A stretch of 25,186 nucleotides of DNA from a virus. Its lineage: Duplodnaviria > Heunggongvirae > Uroviricota > Caudoviricetes. The translations under genes were made by a program, and so were the position numbers. The notes under the pieces are model-generated. The model was not told where the DNA came from. It saw only the letters and a program-made list of their open reading frames with translations, and did not search any database. Shown piece after piece: positions 22,752 through 25,186 of this stretch (position 1 is its first letter; each line of letters opens with the position of its first letter). Where the stretch lies: the IMG/VR virus record IMGVR_UViG_3300037587_000312, positions 96,552 to 121,737 of that record. One strand, written 5' to 3'.

Positions 22752-24748
22752 TAAAATTTCCCATAATAATTTTCCTTGTGTGCATCGAAAAGATTAGCCG
22801 CAGTATGCTCTTCTCCTTCATAATTCACCATATCGTTTCCTTTTAAGATATATTCTTCTCCATCTTCTAGAACGAAACGATATAATGTCTTCTCCAGATC
22901 CTCTTCTTTAACCAGAACACCTTGGAAGGCTTCAGGATTAAACCTGAAAGTGGTACAACCTTTCAATCCCTGTTCATAGGCATAAATATAAACATCCTTA
23001 AACTCTTCAAATTCTATATCAGATGGGACATTAATAGTCTTACTAATAGAGCTATCACACCATTTCTGTGCCACAGCTTGAATGTCTACATGAGCTTTCC
23101 AACTAACATTATCAGTTGTAGAGAAGCTATCTGGAACCTCTTCAGTCCCATATTTAAGCTTATAACGTAACATCTCATATGAGTATACTGGTACAGCTTC
23201 TTTAGACTTCTTACCCTCCTTAATTACGTTCCGTATGTAGTGATGAGCAAATGTAGGCTCGATACCATTAGAGGCATTGTTGTTAAGGGAGAGACTGATA
23301 GTACCTGTAGGGGCAATACTAGTCGCATGAGTAAATCTACTACCATATTCTGCAAATCCTTCTCCTAATTCAGGGCATTCTTTAATAAGTTGTTGGATAT
23401 ACTTACCGGAGATCCACCTCTCGAGGTTATCACCCTCCTCCAAGAGAGGTGCCATACCTTTCTCTTTGGCAAGTTCGATACCCTCTTTGAAGCCCTCAAT
23501 AGCCAGCATCTTCATGATATTCTCTGTGAACTCAATAGAGTCCTCACAACCGTATTCTAACCCCATCATTGATAGGGCTGACCCTAGTCCTAGGAATCCC
23601 ATACCATGACGACGCTTCGATGTGATAGCTTCAACTTGCTCTGGTAGGGGTAAACCATTCATCTCAACAACATTATCCAGCATACGTGTAAAGATGTGGA
23701 TAACCTCTGAGAATCCTTCCCAATCAAAATCTGCATTATCCTCAAACTCATTGGTAACAAACTTTGCTAGGTTAATCGAACCCAGAAGACAAGACCCATA
23801 AGGTGGGAGTGGTTGCTCTCCACACGGATTCGTTGCCCTAATTGTCTCGCAAAAGTAGTTGTTATTCAACTCATTTATTTGGTCAATAAGAAGAAATCCC
23901 GGTTCAGAGAAGTCATACGTAGACTTCATCATGATATCCCATAGTTCTCGTGCCTGCACGGTCTCATACACCTTGCAAAGGATCTTACCGTTCTCTACGA
24001 AATATCCCCGATCTTGGCAGTATTCCTCTTCCCAGAACATATTCTTCCAGATAGTCTCTGGAGCAAATCCAAAATCAATTTCCTGTTGTGATACAGGGAA
24101 AACTAATTGAAACTCACCATCATTAATCACAGCATCCATGAATTCATTGTCAATCAATAACGAGAGGTTAAATTGCCGTAGGCGACCATCCTCCCGCTTC
24201 GCTTGAATAAAATCACGCACATCTGGATGCCAGATAGCAAATGTCCCCATCTGAGCACCGCGCCTGCCACCAGCAGAACTCACCGTAAAGCAAGTCTTGT
24301 CAAAGATATCCATAAAGGTCAACGGACCAGAGGTATAGGCTCCGGCTCCTGCTACAAATGCACCTCTTGGGCGCAGAGTGGAGAATTCATACCCAATCCC
24401 ACAACCAGCCTTCAATGTCAACCCTGCCTCTAGATTAGCGTAGAGGATATCCTTCATACTATCACCAACGATCTTGGAAACTGTACAATTGATCGTTGCT
24501 GTTGCTGGTTTATATTTCTCAGCCCCTGCATTGGACATTATTCGACCAGCTGGGGTTGCTCCACGATCTAATGCATATTTGAACTGCTCTTCCCAGTAAC
24601 CTGACTCAGCCCTATTTTCAAAGGACGCCAGTGCTTTTGCTACCCTGTTATTCGTATCCTCAATTGTATTGTCTACTGGATTCCCCTGTTGATCTACCAA
24701 CCGATACTTCTTTTCCCAGATCTCTTGGGATGTCTCTTGCAGTTCCAT
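22751..24748 (-). CDS. nrdJa: Class II (adenosylcobalamin-dependent) ribonucleotide reductase catalytic chain
   Basis: PAGRI, TINC, GGRRGAQM, TNPCGEQPL..YGSCLLGSINL, RRHGMG, IAPTGTIS, SNGIEP, SSISKT, KGCTTFR. Confidence 0.95.
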   Translation of the reverse strand: MELQETSQEIWEKKYRLVDQQGNPVDNTIEDTNNRVAKALASFENRAESGYWEEQFKYALDRGATPAGRIMSNAGAEKYKPATATINCTVSKIVGDSMKDILYANLEAGLTLKAGCGIGYEFSTLRPRGAFVAGAGAYTSGPLTFMDIFDKTCFTVSSAGGRRGAQMGTFAIWHPDVRDFIQAKREDGRLRQFNLSLLIDNEFMDAVINDGEFQLVFPVSQQEIDFGFAPETIWKNMFWEEEYCQDRGYFVENGKILCKVYETVQARELWDIMMKSTYDFSEPGFLLIDQINELNNNYFCETIRATNPCGEQPLPPYGSCLLGSINLAKFVTNEFEDNADFDWEGFSEVIHIFTRMLDNVVEMNGLPLPEQVEAITSKRRHGMGFLGLGSALSMMGLEYGCEDSIEFTENIMKMLAIEGFKEGIELAKEKGMAPLLEEGDNLERWISGKYIQQLIKECPELGEGFAEYGSRFTHATSIAPTGTISLSLNNNASNGIEPTFAHHYIRNVIKEGKKSKEAVPVYSYEMLRYKLKYGTEEVPDSFSTTDNVSWKAHVDIQAVAQKWCDSSISKTINVPSDIEFEEFKDVYIYAYEQGLKGCTTFRFNPEAFQGVLVKEEDLEKTLYRFVLEDGEEYILKGNDMVNYEGEEHTAANLFDAHKENYYGKF

Positions 24749-24756
24749 ATTACTCC

Positions 24757-25113
24757 TTATCGTCTTGAATCTAACATATCTTCAGAACCACGGTACTTCT
24801 TCTTATTCTTTAAATCATCAAGAACTATCTCGATGTGAGTACCACACATTTCAACCCATTTCTGGTCACGCCTAATAAACCCAACATACCGATTTGTTGT
24901 AAAGATCTTGTTGGTAATGCCCCTGTGGGTATCATGTACCACTTGATATGGTTGGGATAAATCAAGTCCATTATTATACAATGTAATTTCTAATTCTTCT
25001 CGTGAAAGATTCTGACATCCCCCATCCTTACAGATATCCAATTGTGCGATATCCCCAGAAGAGATTGAGAAATTGTATTCATGTAATAGAACTTCTCCTG
25101 TAATCTCTGGCAT
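24757..25113 (-). CDS. Hypothetical protein
   Basis: 118 aa ORF with an AAGGAG RBS. Confidence 0.65.
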   Translation of the reverse strand: MPEITGEVLLHEYNFSISSGDIAQLDICKDGGCQNLSREELEITLYNNGLDLSQPYQVVHDTHRGITNKIFTTNRYVGFIRRDQKWVEMCGTHIEIVLDDLKNKKKYRGSEDMLDSRR

Positions 25114-25186
25114 TGTTACTCCTTAATACGTCTACACGGGCAAAGTGAATATTGCCGTACCAACGGGGTACTTCATTATCATCATA

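Noticed and set aside
694-24433. Plus-strand and nested ORFs in the track (e.g. 694-963, 8983-9387, 16343-16630, 21068-21400)
   Set aside because: They are shadows of well-supported minus-strand genes, with no RBS or recognisable motifs.
25079-25186. C-terminal fragment of an upstream gene (..YDDNEVPRWYGNIHF..)
   Set aside because: The frame is open to the window edge, but 35 codons are too few to support a call.
1-25186. tRNA genes, introns/inteins, integrase, stop-codon reassignment
   Set aside because: Intergenic gaps are too short or lack cloverleaf features; nrdJa and the other enzymes appear uninterrupted and of expected length; and TAA, TAG and TGA all act as stops.

Overview
25 kb of a large lytic dsDNA bacteriophage genome with AT-leaning base composition and standard genetic code. 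The host is probably a proteobacterium, judged from the E. coli-like CCA enzyme, split NrdJa/NrdJb and sigma70-like promoters. Genes are tightly packed with overlapping stop/start codons, and all credible genes lie on the minus strand except one GIY-YIG homing endonuclease. There are no structural genes. The window is a host-takeover and counter-defence region with four themes. (1) NAD+/ADP-ribose: a PRPP-synthetase-like gene and a NAMPT-like gene matching the NARP1 (Adps + Namat) pathway, with a macrodomain and a metallophosphoesterase in the same coupled run, plus a Tad2/DUF2829-like protein and a SLOG protein. (2) RNA/tRNA repair and modification: CCA-adding enzyme, PTH2-like hydrolase, Pnk, RNA ligase, and an RlmN/Cfr-like radical SAM enzyme lacking the resolving cysteine. 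(3) Nucleotide metabolism: class II RNR, MazG-like and CYTH. (4) Three clear free-standing homing endonucleases plus a further HNH. Two sigma70-like promoters sit inside long hairpins with the same geometry, and two tandem small genes share a duplicated N-terminus. All calls come from motif recognition by eye; no database searches were run.
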